A stretch of 64,000 nucleotides of DNA from Lingula anatina (Eukaryota > Animalia > Brachiopoda): positions 27,534,401 through 27,598,400 of the forward strand of contig CM120641.1 in the NCBI GenBank assembly GCA_051362555.1. Direction: 5' to 3'. The stretch's first letter is position 1. Every line of letters begins with the position of its first letter. Below the pieces are notes generated by a model, which did not search any database, was not told the origin of the DNA, and worked only from the letters and a program-made list of their open reading frames with translations. This document shows, piece after piece, positions 26,701-40,200 of the stretch. Both the position numbers and the translations under genes were made by a program.

Positions 26701-29326
26701 CTCAAATACGACACAAAAAGATGCATGCACACGCGCGCGCAAAAATTGATAAAATAAAATTCTTATAAAAGTGATAAATGTCACCATGTTGTTGGCGTTA
26801 ATGTCAAAGTAAGGTCAAACCCTTTTTAGATTAGAAAAAAACGTAAATTTTGCCATTCTGCGCCATGCAATGTGCTCACATAACACAGAGCTTTGGTTAT
26901 TTCAGGCCCTGGTCTTGCCTTCATCGTGTATCCAGAGGCCATATCCCAGATGCCGTTACCGACACTGTGGGCCATTCTGTTCTTCTCCATGATGCTGTTA
27001 CTGGGATTCAGCGCACAGTTTTCTATGGCTGAGACCGTTTTGAGTAGTATAATGGACGAATATCCACATATTCTACGTGTTAGTAAATGGAGGGAAACCA
27101 TCATGAGGGGCGTCGTGTGCGGAGTGTGTTTTCTGCTCGGCCTGCCGATGTGTGCAAGGGTTAGTTTTTTCTTTTTTGTAGGATCCTTTCAAATCATATA
27201 GATGTTCTAAAATTTCAAAATGATTATTTTTATCTGTTTTTGTAATCTGAATATAATGTGTGGTAGGCCTACCAACAATAATTGTCATTTAAACGTAAAT
27301 ATTCTTCGCGTTACTTCACATTGTTAATGGATAAAGTGGGCGAATAGTTGGCGCAATACCGCATTATCCGTATGCATTTTTCATAGCAATATCAACTGTA
27401 TCTCTTTTAAACCTGTGTTCACAGACGCGTATCCTTGACCATTTGTTTTACCTGGCCCTTTGCGATGGAATTCCACCTTATCCCATGAAGAGCCTCATTG
27501 TCAATGTGTTATATCCTGTTTCGTTTAATAGCTATCTTAGCTCAAATAAAAAAATTTAACGCCACACTTACTTTTAATCACACGTGGTTTCAGGGTGGCC
27601 ACTATCTGTTAGATCTAATGGATCACAGTGTTGGAGGGTTCCCGTTGCTGTTTGTTAGTTTATTTGAATGCGCAATACTGCAGTGGGTGTATGGTAAGTG
27701 AGGGGTAATTTGATCTTTTCTTACTCGATTATCTACTCATATACTTGTTTAAATCAGATTACGAAGCGTAAGAAATACATTTTCCGAACGCTGATTAAAC
27801 GTTAGGCATACGCTAAATACGCTTATCCATCGTTACAGAATCGTTCAATACGTTACTCGTTCGCGACCATTACGTTACTTATGCGCTTCGCAAAGGCAAG
27901 CTTTTATCAGTCACCGTATGAGAAAACGTACCTGAACGTAACATAAACGCCATTCTACCTTATGTCTATCGTATCTGTAGCGTATGGATGACGTATGGGT
28001 AGCGTCCAACTCTGACGTTCGAATACGCAAAAAGTTTCGAACATTCTCAAAAAATTCCCTCTACGAAAGTGAACGTACACCAACTTTTACCCGCATACGC
28101 AAAACGTATAGGGTGATTTCATAAGCTCAAAGTTTTGAGTAAAATCAAATCCTTATACTCACTTTTTTACGCTAGATGAGACATAACCTTTACTACGCAA
28201 CGACAGTGCGTGCCTCAGCTAATTGTTTAATCTAATATAGATCATATCATATATTATCAGATTTGCATTAAAGAAACACATCTAGGGATGCCTGTACATA
28301 TTAGGAGGAATTGCCATTAAACCCATAAGCGAATGTGGAAGCTTATGGCATATATTTAATTTCGTTTCATCGCGACTTAAATGTTTTTTGTTTCACTCTA
28401 GGATGGTCCAGGTTTTCTGAGGACGTGAAAATAATGCTTGGCAAGAAGCCTGGTATCTACTTTCGGATCACTTGGTGCTGTTTATCGCCACTTCTTATGT
28501 TGGTAAGTGAACAATGAAAGTGAAAGCTTGGCCGTTAGAATTTATGTATAGTCAGACTTTTTTCATATTTCGAATATTGAAAAGATGTGAGCCAGAATTG
28601 AATTTTAATCTTTCTTTCCACGTCGGAAGTTTGTCTTACCTATAATTACAAGTGCATTCTATTGCAGGCTGTCATAGTATTCAAATTCATTCAGCTGAAG
28701 CCATACATGTATCAAGGCTATACATTCCCTGTATGGGCTCAGGCCATAGGATGGGTAATTGCCTTGACCCCCGTCGTCCTCATCCCTGCCTGGTTCCTGG
28801 GAAGATACTGCTACGATGGCGGCTTCCAGGTTGGTAGCGATTGACAGTAAAATAACAATTCCTTGTTTGCAACTTAAGTTCTACTACTAATATTAACTTT
28901 AAATAGGAGAATTAAGTTTGTTTAAACAAGGGGAACGGAAGAGCGTCGGAACCCATATTCCGTCTTTCATTTTTTCAGTCACGTGCAAGCTCCTTACAGG
29001 CGTAATCAGTTGTTTATAATGTGCACTGTCTATTTTAGGTGAATTACTTGTAGTATATTTGGAAGTAAAGTTTTGACTTATGCCCGGCCAAATATTGAAA
29101 CGCATATCTTGATCAAATTACTTCCATACAGTAATAGATTGTTACGCCATAGTTATACATATATGATTTTTAGACCTTAAAGAGAGCTGGATCACCGCAA
29201 GCTGACTGGGGACCTGCACGTGCAGAAGACCGCGCCGGGACAATCTACGACACGGATTCCAAGGCAAAAACTTTCCATGTCAACGGTACATCCAACCCCG
29301 CCTTTGATCAATACTCATACGAGTAG
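20097..29326 (+). CDS. SLC6 Na+/Cl- dependent amino-acid-transporter-like protein, copy 2 (616 aa, 14 exons)
   Basis: Exons 20097-20111 (MPEEI), 22764-22935, 23119-23250, 23361-23516, 23880-23988, 24366-24498, 25649-25783, 26077-26180, 26524-26648, 26906-27159, 27594-27693, 28402-28502, 28668-28829, 29174-29326. All GT-AG, phases consistent, total 1851 nt; SLC6 TM1-TM12 motifs present. Confidence 0.92.
20549..20720. mobile_element. Terminal fragment of a putative PIF/Harbinger-like MITE (inverted homologue at ~27760-28188)
   Basis: GGTGCTGTCACATCTAGCGTA...GCGTATGAAATCACC matches the revcomp of GGTGATTTCATAAGC...TACGCTAGATGAGACATAACC; absent at the homologous site in copy 1. The superfamily call is tentative. 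Confidence 0.5.
21243..22755 (+). mobile_element. Degenerate L2/CR1-type LINE (RT relic) with (ATT)n tail
   Basis: Relic motifs VLLDLSAAF (~21298), [10 protein letters not shown] (~21425), FADDTQLY (~21525), [11 protein letters not shown] (~21884), HITPILKQ and FKVAAPRE; ends in ~70 nt of (ATT)n. Confidence 0.85.
22262..22476. mobile_element. MITE family A copy nested in the LINE
   Basis: Inverted ends CATTCCCAGAGATTTAGATCGATC / GATCGATCTAAAACCTATGGGAATG; core TAGGCG(G/T)GACAGAC shared with 43214-43405 and ~59495-59670. Confidence 0.65.
23557..23669. mobile_element. Small MITE in intron 4 of copy 2
   Basis: TIRs CCCAGCGAACATAGAACGTT / revcomp CCCAGAAGACACAGAACGTT; absent from the homologous intron of copies 1 and 3. 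Confidence 0.65.
27760..28188. mobile_element. TACG/CGTA-rich transposon remnant in intron 11 of copy 2
   Basis: Dense TACG/CGTA subterminal-type motifs; right end homologous (inverted) to 20549-20630; absent in copy 1. Confidence 0.5.
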
Positions 29327-30016
29327 ATGTAAAGAAAAACTGGAATGAACATACACTGTATTCTTCACTGTAGATGTGAACATGAAGAAGTGTTTATTAT
29401 TATTATTATTATTATTAAACAGTGAACATACTCATTTACAAGCGGGAACTCGCAACAGAATTTACTTGTATGACAATTCTGTGAGCATAGCACAGCGACG
29501 CTCACGACCGTTTCCTTTGCTCTGTTGAGTAAACACAGAGTTGAAACCAGGCGTTATTCCGATACACCACTGAAGGAGCGTATATGCACATATTGTGTCT
29601 TGAATTAAGTTTAAAACGAGAAACATTTTTTTACTTATTATTAACTTGATTTATACATAAGAGAAGATATTTTGAACTCTGCTGTGGTTTTAAAATATTT
29701 TAACACATTAAATGGCGCAGAAATGTTCACTTTTCTCATATAAAACAAGTACACTTTATTATGTGAAGAAGTATCTACAAAATAGAGCAGAGAAATTAAA
29801 AATGTTTTAGATTAAATCTTTATGCTTTTATCCGGTTCATTTACACATTGACGTATTAAAAAACTTTAATGTATTTTAACTCTCTATATTCAGGTTTTAG
29901 TCCCTCAAGAGTCATACAATGTAATTCTTTAAGAGACTAAAACCTGAACAGGGAAGGGTGGTTTTTGTATATGAAACGTGAGACGTTAATAAATCATCAT
30001 CATCATTATTATTATA

Positions 30017-30051
<35 letters not shown>

Positions 30052-31323
30052 ACAACTTCAAGTTGGGAAAATACATCTGACAGGTCGCCAACCCTGGGTT
30101 TTGGGGGTATAGTAGACGATCTTGTTGAAACTACTAGTTTTCATATGTCAAAGAAATGTAATGTAATTTTTCGGGATAATATTGTGATAAAACGATATTC
30201 TAAATTCATGAATAGCGTAACTAACAAAGATCGCCTGCTATAAAAATCGAAAGATTTTGCCAGATATTTTTCTAGCATCTTTCTGTAGCATCCATTAAAT
30301 CGTACATACTTGAAGATATAAAAACATCGAAAGATTTTGACAGGTGAGATATCGGTCACATCAGTGATTTAATCAGTGGCCGACTACCAGCAGTAATTAT
30401 GGGCCAATAATTTAACACTGGCAGATCCCAGGGATACATTTGATATCGAGCAGATCAAACGCACTCTCCCGTGTATGTCTGGGTGACAGTGGTAGGTCTT
30501 GCGAGAAATCTCCCCCCCCCCCCCCGTCAACTTCATATTTATTCTAATACTGACTGTCTGTGTCACTTTCATACGCCCTAACTCCCTGGACTCCAGTGAA
30601 TAGCGTACCTTTGGGTATGATATGGTATGGGGAAATTTCGAGTTCGTCAGGTGTGTCTTCAATCCCGAATATCGAATAATTAAAATGTGCTCAAGTCATT
30701 TGACTGCATGATTTTATACTTAAAGGGATATTCTTTATTAAAGGCTTGTTAAAGAATAGAAAAGACATTAAATTAAATAACCCCCCCCCCTCCCTGCCAG
30801 AGAAGCGAATGGGTATTGGCTGCTATCTGGAGTTTGGAAACTCATCTACAAGACAGCATATATATAGTTTGATAGCTTTTGTGTGTGTGGTGGAGTGCTT
30901 ATACCACATCTTTTTTCTAAAGATCGATTGTTTTTATACATGTAGGGTGGTTATCAATTTCAACATATCTCTATCTGTACAGATTGGATGCTGGTTCTCC
31001 AAAATTCGAGAACTGGATTTTACCCTAATTTCTTTTAAATATGCATACGAAATCTTTTTTTTTTCTTTTTTTTTTTTTGCTACAAAAGTCGACCAAATGT
31101 CACCACGTAGTTGCAAATATTTTGAAAAATACCAGAAGTCATCGTTTCATATTACCCGAAAAATGATATTTGAACGGATTTTTCTGCTTGCTCTCTCTGC
31201 TGTATATATAGGCCTAAATGGGCCGCCAAACATTAGTGAGGACATTCATGACACTTTTTAAGCAAGAGTTAAAGTCGATTTTTAAGGATATAAGTAGCTT
31301 TAGTTTAAGGCCAAAAAATTTAA

Positions 31324-31483
31324 AGGTGCAGTTTACAGCTCATTTATGGCTGATCGAGTGATTAATTCGGTTTATTCCTTAGCAAGTCGACTTTATTTGA
31401 ATCGTATAAGATACTAATAGAAGTGATTTCTGGGGGGTCACTGGGAATCCATGCCCCACCATCGCTCGGTTCAATATGTACCT
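31324..31483. mobile_element. Possible small TTAA-flanked (Kolobok-like) element
   Basis: TTAA-AGGTGCA ... TGTACCT-TTAA; only a short imperfect TIR. Confidence 0.35.
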
Positions 31484-32135
31484 TTAAATTGAGCCTGAAG
31501 TTGTGATGAGAATACGTGAAGGGAGCTAGGCTGGTCGGTCACTTTTAGCTTGATGTACTCGTGAGCTTAGACGTTGTGTACGAAGACACGGATTTCTCAA
31601 CGGTATAGTAAGACAAGCATTGTCTCTCTTGATACAAATGTACTATGGGTAGTAAAAAAACGGGACACAGTGTATGCAAGCGTGTTTCATATCTTGAAGA
31701 TAACTGTCAATTTTTTTTTTAATATGTCGCTACAAAAATGAAAGTTTGGAGCAGCCAAACGTCAATTGATGGTTATGACGTTTTTTTTTTTTTTTTTTTT
31801 TTTTTTCTAATTGTGGTTTATGATTTCAGTAAATGTGTGTTTGATCGTAATCTTCCCGTAGCTTTTGCAATAGCACCAGAGGGTATCTTCAATTTGAGCT
31901 TGCGCATTTCGATTCGACCTCAGTCTCAAAGCAGACAGCGGCTGCTAGACGCATTCACAAGGGCTTTCAAGTAACAGAAAAAAATTCAAGATTATCGCAA
32001 GTAAGTGATCATGTCATTGTTATACTTGGTTATATACTAGTTCATAGACTCCACAGTTTTACTGACAGCAATTATGATTCTAGAACTTTTCCTGATTTTG
32101 GTTTCGACAGTATTTTTTGACGGAGCTCCAATTAC

Positions 32136-32248
32136 GTGTGAGATAATACACTGTCACCCGTGCGATATATGCCATAACACCTCGAGCTTCAGCGAGAGGG
32201 GTTCATGGCATATATCGCGAGAGGGTGACAGTGTATTATTTGACATAC
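32136..32248. repeat. Long imperfect palindrome (~50-bp arms)
   Basis: ATAATACACTGTCACCC-GT-GCGATATATGCCAT...ATGGCATATATCGC-GAGA-GGGTGACAGTGTATTAT. Confidence 0.85.
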
Positions 32249-32871
32249 ATACCGAGAAAAAATATGGCCATTTCACCCTAAAACACCCCTAAAACCGAAT
32301 AAAGTGACCCTATATCACGCTCTAGAGATGTTATATGGAATTAACTCGTCTACGTGCACTGGTCACCTCCCGCCAAATTCTTATGTAATGTCTGAGCAAT
32401 TTTGTCAGTTTTGCTAAATACTTGTTATGGAAGTTCAACTCGCTTGAACAGTATTTAATCAACCGTCGACACTGACCATGCGCGTCTCAGTTGAGCCACA
32501 CCTAGCTGGGACTGCTGCGGAAAGAAGGTCCCAAGGCAAATCCACTTCTTTTAAGTGACATTTCTGGTAAACCAGGAGTGTCGGACCAGAATATAATCAA
32601 ATTAATTTTTCACAAGTGCAAAGTAGAAAGAAATTCACGTTTTTGTGATATTTCTGACAACGAGGCAGTTTTGTAATATAATCAAAGTCAGACGGATGTT
32701 TATTACAAGTCCACAGGAGTAATAATTCTACGTTTTAAATGGTGACATTTTTTACTACGAGACGGTGTCGAAATATAAATGTGATTTTTAAGAGTGTGAG
32801 AGATTTTAAATTTGTCTATGTATATAACGCAAGCAAAGTCGCTATCCTCTTGATGCCAAAAGGTTACATGT

Positions 32872-33039
32872 CAGGGTCGGATCCAGAGATATTTTCTGAG
32901 AGTCTGCCAAATTATCTTTGTTGATCCATCCTCCATTTTTGACCTTCTTCCGACAGAAAAAAATAGATACCCGTCAATGTAAACTTGAAAATCTGCCCGT
33001 CTTCCGGAAGACCCAGAAGACGGCCTAAATCCGCCCCTG
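32872..33039. mobile_element. CAGGG-type MITE
   Basis: Ends CAGGGTCGGAT / ATCCGCCCCTG; no clean TSD. Confidence 0.5.
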
Positions 33040-36000
33040 AAAAGTTACGGAAGATAAACAAAATGAAAAAAGATTTTTGAATTAAACTCTTGAATACCCC
33101 ACCATCCAAGAAGGCCCGTGGGTACACAAAGAAATGCTTCCTTAATCATCAAAGTGGCGATAATGTGCGACAGAGCTACATTAGTATGTTTAACTTCAAC
33201 TGCTTGAGATGTTAACTAACTTTATAGTGTAAATTTATTGGGTAAGGTCTATCTGTATCTATCCAAAAAGTCATTGCCAACGTCTTTCAGTTCTGTGGCA
33301 TGTTTTAAGTAAAGGAATTACCATTGAAAAGGATGTATACAACGATATTAGCGCGTGAATGTCTTAATCATGTGCTAATACATTTCTAAAATGAAATCGT
33401 ATTTCTGATTGTGTGTTAATTTACTTTATATTGCAAATTTATTGGGTAAGGTCTACCTACATCTATAACATTAAATAACTTTTCTGTAACTGTATTACAT
33501 CTACATGCGTTTCTGCACGTCCACATATTTGGCCAAGAGTTAACCGTGGGACCTTTACGTTTGGTTAATTTTACTGTGAGAATGAGATCGTCAGAATGTA
33601 GCATGAGAAGAAATTGAATGTAAGAAATTTGCCTGATTTTTTTTATTAAATTCTTGACCACTCCGGCATGTAAGAATACCCGTGGGTACAAATAAAACGT
33701 GTCCTTGATCATTGAAGTGGCGATAATGAGTAGGCCTATGTTTGACTTCATTTGCTCCTGCTGTTAACGTACTATAGTACATGTACGTTATGTTGTAAAT
33801 TAATTGGGTAAGGGATATGTATTTCTATCTAAATTAAACATTATCGACGTTTTTCAGTTCTGCACAATCTACATAAAAGCCAAACAAACCAAGGTTCAGC
33901 TTTTAGTCAAATTCTACTGGGTCCTAATATGTAGTGGCAAACATTAAAACCCCAGGGAAACATGTGAAGAATACTAAATTTTAGAGCGACTTTTTTCAAT
34001 ATAGATGTTCATATATCTAAGCCAATATACCGATATTTTTGACGCCATCCCTGTTGTATATGCACAGCACTTATCCATGGAACATCGTTGCAGTATACAA
34101 AAATCATATTTCATTCATCCATACATTACAGATACATACAAGGTTTAATCATGTGATACTAAAAACATGGCTCATCCCCATCCCATACCCATGGCCAGTA
34201 AGTAATTTATTAAATTTCTATTAGTCTTTCAATGTTTGACATGCAATATTGGTTATATACATGTATCTAGTAAAGGATTTCGTCCGCTATTTTATTCATA
34301 TCAATAGTTAAACAAGTTAATTTTTGCATTCCGATAATTCAATGTCCATCACGCCGCTTTCAGCGCGAAAGCTCGATCAGCTGCTTGCACACCTCAGGTA
34401 GAAGTGACAATCAAGCCGTTAGCCTACTTCCCTAAGTTACTAGGATATATTTCTTTCTGTAAAGTTAAGATTTCTTTGTAAAGCCCATAAAATTCCTTTT
34501 TTTAATTAAAAAAATTGTTTTATCTCTCAAACCTTTCGAAATCTGAACCAAAATTTGGTCTAGATACTGTGAATTTCTCAAGTCGGGTCAGCTAGGAGGG
34601 TTGTTGTCATTTAAATTTTAAGTGAGGAAGCAATTGTAACAAACAATGTCCAAGCACTGTCTCGGTTCCTTTCCCCTAGGCAACATGCAACAGTGTTTGG
34701 GACGGTGCTCAAACAAAGACCCGACGTGATTTTTTCTTTGGCATTTCATCCTCATGGCCCCATAAAGGTTACTGGAGGAGACATGATTGTGCCGGAAGTG
34801 CGCGTCGTATGACGTCGAATAGTGTAAGACGTGAAGCTGCCTGATCATTTTAGCTGGAAGTACACGGGAGTAGAGTCATGTGTGCAATGTTGAAGCGCAT
34901 TTTCCGCATTTTTTCTTTTGGTCTTTTGGTATTTTGAGCAGAGAATACTTGTAGAAATACGGGGTGCCACGAAGCTTGAAAGTGCCAAACTGTGTTCATT
35001 TTTAGTCAGCTTGTCTTTTAATAACTTGCTGCATCGACCGGCAGCGCGACAAAGAACGTCACGATGGAAAATTCCCGCAACTATTATATTATTTGAAATT
35101 TTCTCTGACGAAATTCTGAGAATTATCTTCAACTACAGACATTTCTGGGAATATCTAGTGAAAAATCAATCTGTGGTCCTGGCAGAGGGTAGGGTAGGAG
35201 AAGGTCGACCGATTTAATAGTTTGTAGAACGCGTGTTTAACACGTGCATATCGTTTAGCTCTAACTTGTTTTCATCATATCAACACCGTTTTGCATATAT
35301 GGTATTACGACCCAGGTCGGAGAGCAGTCGGCCTCTCGTAGACACCGACCTGGTAAACGTTTAAAAGCATATGCAATATAAACGTTGCAACATGGAATGC
35401 CTTTTAAAGGTAATCTATTAGCAAGTTTTTGATTGCAACCCAATTATAATACAATTTATGTAGCCAATTGTTCACAAACACAACGAGGTTCTCTCTGTTT
35501 TTGCTCTAAAGTAAATACGACTGAAAATTGTTATTCGTGAAAATACAAAAAAGCAATATGATGCTAAGTATCAAAATGAGACATGATCAAAAACAACATT
35601 AAGTTATCACACATGCGTTCCCCATACAAGGGAGGAAAATGTTGGCGAAAAAGAAAGACAATGGCTGCATCTCCTGCAACCAATAAATAATAATGATAAA
35701 TCACAAAAACGAACTAGTGCTTAACGACTTTTTTATTTATAACGATCACGGCATTAGCCTTTTTTCTACTTTGATCATTAGTATACATGTTCTTAAACCA
35801 GATATCAACTAGCAGTTTTTTTATTGTATTCGTAACATGTCCTAGATAAAACACCTATATCCTAAATTACACAAGTGTCTGTTTGCGACAGAGACAGGGG
35901 GGTTTAGAGATGGATAGCAGGAAAGAAAGGGATGAGCGAGCTTGGGCAAGTACGAGTATGGTAGAGACGAACTACATGTATGCTCACGCAATATTCCCAT

Positions 36001-37191
36001 CATTTGAAAAAGTCATCTTTGATATAAGCGCAATGAAAATAAACATCTTTACAGCACAAACTCACTTTTAGTTGCTCTATTCACCTCAAACGCGCTTCTG
36101 GACATACGTGGCCAAGAGTTAATCATGGGACCTTAATCGTCAATTTTGCTGCCAGATAGTGATTGGTTTCCGATCAGGAAACTTTGCCTGATCAACGACT
36201 AGGGTGATAACTGCAATCAAGTGTCTACGTTTGATTTTTCTTCATTTTGTTTAGGAGTTTTGGGATACTAATTATGATTTTCCATTAAACAAAGGCATTC
36301 AGTCCCCTCTCTATTGATAAAATCATAAGTAAACCTTTCAAGAAATCCCTGGCACCACATCGTAGTTCTCAATTTTTTGTGATTAAATCGGCGACAAAAC
36401 AGTGCTGTCATCTGTTAAGGTGAGCGAAATTTGTTCGAAAGTAATGTTACAGTTTTAACCCCTAAAATGCCACTGTTATGTCATCAGCTCGAATTAACAA
36501 TTTCTCCTGGATGCATTATTGAAGCGGCAGCATTATCACATCTATACATGAAAATGTTAATTTCTGCATAATAAACAGACAGGGAAAAATTCCAACGTAC
36601 CGAACCCCAATAAGGCTCTTTTAACTAAAGTGCTAGAACCAATCTTCTTACCATTCGACTTTTATCGGCCACACTCTCCCCGCTTCGCTATTTTGAGTTT
36701 AAAAAACGCGATGAAAAAATGTATTGTTATTAACGTGTTCACGCAGAAGTGAATGCTTAAACACCGTAAAACTGATTCGTAAAAGCTCGCACCCAAATCG
36801 ACCGAAGTTTCCCGATTATATGACCAAAATATAAAAAAAAAATTGCAGAGATTTTGAGATTTTAATAAGTATTTTAATTTATGATCATTGCGTTCTGCGT
36901 GGAAAACAAATCATAGGAAAGGAAGGGTATGTGAAATATGAATTGCACTGCGTTAAAGTGATACATGTACATGTATTTATAAGCGTGACGATCTACCGGG
37001 CACTAGGCCCCAAAACACAAACACTCGACATCAGTCCCAAACACGTGACGACGTTTTTAACCAAGCGGTCGACATCGTACGTTGGACATCAAATCTAAGA
37101 TAAGACTTTTGATTTTGTAACCACGATGACTTTTCGAAAAAACTAAAAAATAAGCCTTAGACAACCAACCAAGTGAGAAGTTTTTGACGAG

Positions 37192-37199
37192 TATAAATA
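37192..37199 (+). promoter_or_regulatory. TATA box of copy 3
   Basis: TATAAATA 60 nt upstream of the ATG at 37260. Confidence 0.7.
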
Positions 37200-37259
37200 C
37201 CTAGGATAGCCGTACTTTCTCTCATCACACGAAAACGGACACCAGATAAAGTGAAGAAA

Positions 37260-40200
37260 ATGCAGGAAGAAATGGTACGTTACTCACTTTCTTTCTTATA
37301 GTAAAATATACATTGAATGTAACGAATAAATTAAAGTGATGTGGTTTAGATTTATCTTTTTGTTTAATCCTTTGGCTTCGTGTGACTTTTGAAATTATTC
37401 TCTACAAAAGCATTTCAAAATGTTTGTGTCATCATTTTGATAATAATTTATAATCAAGCTAAAAGTTTTGAAAGAAATTATAGGTTTAAGGTACGTGTAG
37501 ATTGGTCGTTACGTAATTAGACGCTCTGCGCAATTTCTGCGCATCGCACATCCTTACCATCCTTACGTGATATATGATTCTGACAATTTTGTAAAATAAA
37601 TTTTCATTCTATGTGAAAAACAAACAGTTCTACCTTTTGTATTTAAACCATGTAATATTAAAGGTTTAAGGAAGATCAGTCGTTACGTAATGTGACGCTG
37701 TGCGCAAATCCTGTGCATCGTCAATCCTTGCCAACGTAGTAATAGCTGATTTTGTCGATTTTGTTAAATAAAACCTCTTTCCGTGTGAAACAAACACCAT
37801 TTTGTCTTTGTATTTATCCCGTGTAATATTAAAAGTTTAACGAGTGTGTTCCATGTGGAAAATGTTGAACGTACATGTTGAACGTACATGGACATGTAGG
37901 CCTATTTGCGGTACAGAACCTGCAGATTCACCATATCAATGCTGTAGTCGTGATTATTGCGAGTAGGGGCCTTCGAAGTGTGTTACGAGCCATATTTCAA
38001 AAACTCTGCCAATTAATCATTAGATATCATACAAGAGACAAATGATTTACTTTGGTATCTCACGCAAACACACAATATCAAACGACGATTTTTTTATTTC
38101 GACCAAAGCTTTTTTTTTCCGCTAGCTAAAAATAGCACACGAGTTTTGCCCCATTTGAGCCAGCATTTACGCCCCAAACATCAAAGAATTGCAGAGAAAT
38201 GAGCATGCATTATATTTCATTACTTGTTCTTAATTTTATTTGAAATAAACATAATGTCATGAGGTAATTTTGTTATGATATCAAAGATTTTAAAAAGCAC
38301 CCACTATTCCATTGATATGAATGGGCATTAGTGCGTCACGCAGGGTCTAATGCACTTCAACTGGGCCTAGTTCACTTATCTGATCAGTGACCCCCATTTT
38401 TTTCCACACGCACCTTCACTGCAGGGGTCTAGCAATTAAACCTCGAAGCCAAAATCGATCCGTGTGGAGGCGGGGAGACCATTGAAGGATTAGGCGGTCT
38501 TGCTTTCATGTAGAGTCCGCCATATTCGACCCGAGGACCAGTAGATCCGAGGATCATCTCTTCTGAATCCGACCTTACTCAAAAAAGAAAATGCAGTTGA
38601 CATAAACCTAAAGTAGCGTCAAATGTCAGTAAATTTACATGTTGAAAATGAACAAATATTAATATATTTCGTAACTTTATGTTTACTTATATGCCGGGTA
38701 TGTTTTATTGATATCAGAACATAACCGTAAACTGATTATCAGATATATATGTTAGACTTAATCCGCACACAATCCGGACTTAATCCGAACGTAATTATGG
38801 TTGTGGCAAGTATCACATAAAAGAACATGAACAACTTGGCCAGTTTTCATAAGGGTCTCTCGTTGTTTATATACAGATTCTTTTTTGGATTCTTTTTCTT
38901 AATCAACTTTCAATGCGGTAGTTATGCGATCTCGACAAACTCCGGCACTTACGGGCCATACCGAACGGGCAGTTAAGCGAATTGGCGGTTCGCATTTTTC
39001 ATTGCGGTGCTCGCAACCACTCATTTTAAGTTTGCACCGTGTATAGAATCGCTGGTTGAGTCGTTAAGTCGGCGTTTGTGATCAGATAACCCGATGCTTG
39101 AAGTCCTATTTCGTTTAAAAGATCTGACATTATCTTTCGTTATCTTTTTTTCATTTCTTTTTTTCTTCTTCTTCTTCTTTTTTACTTAAATAAAGAATAT
39201 TCATTTAAATTAAAAGATAGCATATTTATTCTGGTCAAATGTTACTTTCACATTTTTATCCATTCAATATTGTCGGTTAATTCTTAGGCCCTAAACCAAA
39301 TAAATCCCAATTCTTTTTCTTATTTGTATATTTTAAATAAAGGAACAATCTCACGTACACTTGTGGACAAACATATTTTGTATCGATTTTAATTGATAGT
39401 CTTCACTTGTTATCCTTGAAGGCCGAAGCCTGCGTAGAAATGGGTTGTTTGGACTCAAAGACAGACTCCTTGAAAGACAACAAGCGTCGTACCTGGGGAG
39501 GCCAGTTGGAATTCATTATAACATGTGTCGGCTATGCTGTTGGTCTGGGATCAGTATGGCGCTTTCCGTATCTGTGTTACAGGAACGGTGGAGGTAAGTT
39601 CCATCGGGGCCAAAATCGCAATTTGTACAGCAGTCGTATAAAAATCACGCTCCAAATGCATTAGACGAAGCTACTCTCATTTGTTAGAATTCCGTTAACA
39701 AGTCTATGGTTTAAATAGCGATCTGCATATGCTGATTGTCTGATAACAGGTTGTTTGCTTTTCAGGCGCGTTTTTGATACCATACTGCGTCAGTTTGCTC
39801 TTGGTTGGCCTTCCATTATTCTTCATGGAACTATGTTTTGGCCAGTTTGCCAGTCTTGGGCCTATCACTATTTGGAAAATTAGCCCCTTGTTCAAAGGTA
39901 AGATTCATTTCCTCATTGATGTATTGATGTATAACTTAAATGTAAGCTTTTTGCATACTTAAAACGGGTAATTAGAAGATTACATCCGATACTTAAATTT
40001 TCGTCTCTTATGCTTTAAATGTAGGTATTGGCTATGGGATGATGATGATTTCTTTGTTCATCGCACTTTACTACAACGTAATAATTGCCTACATCCTTCA
40101 CTATCTCTTCGCCTCAATGACGGCTAATTTGCCGTGGTCTGCTTGTGGGAATACGTGGAATACTGACGCCTGTTTAATAGGTCAGCAAATATATACTGTT

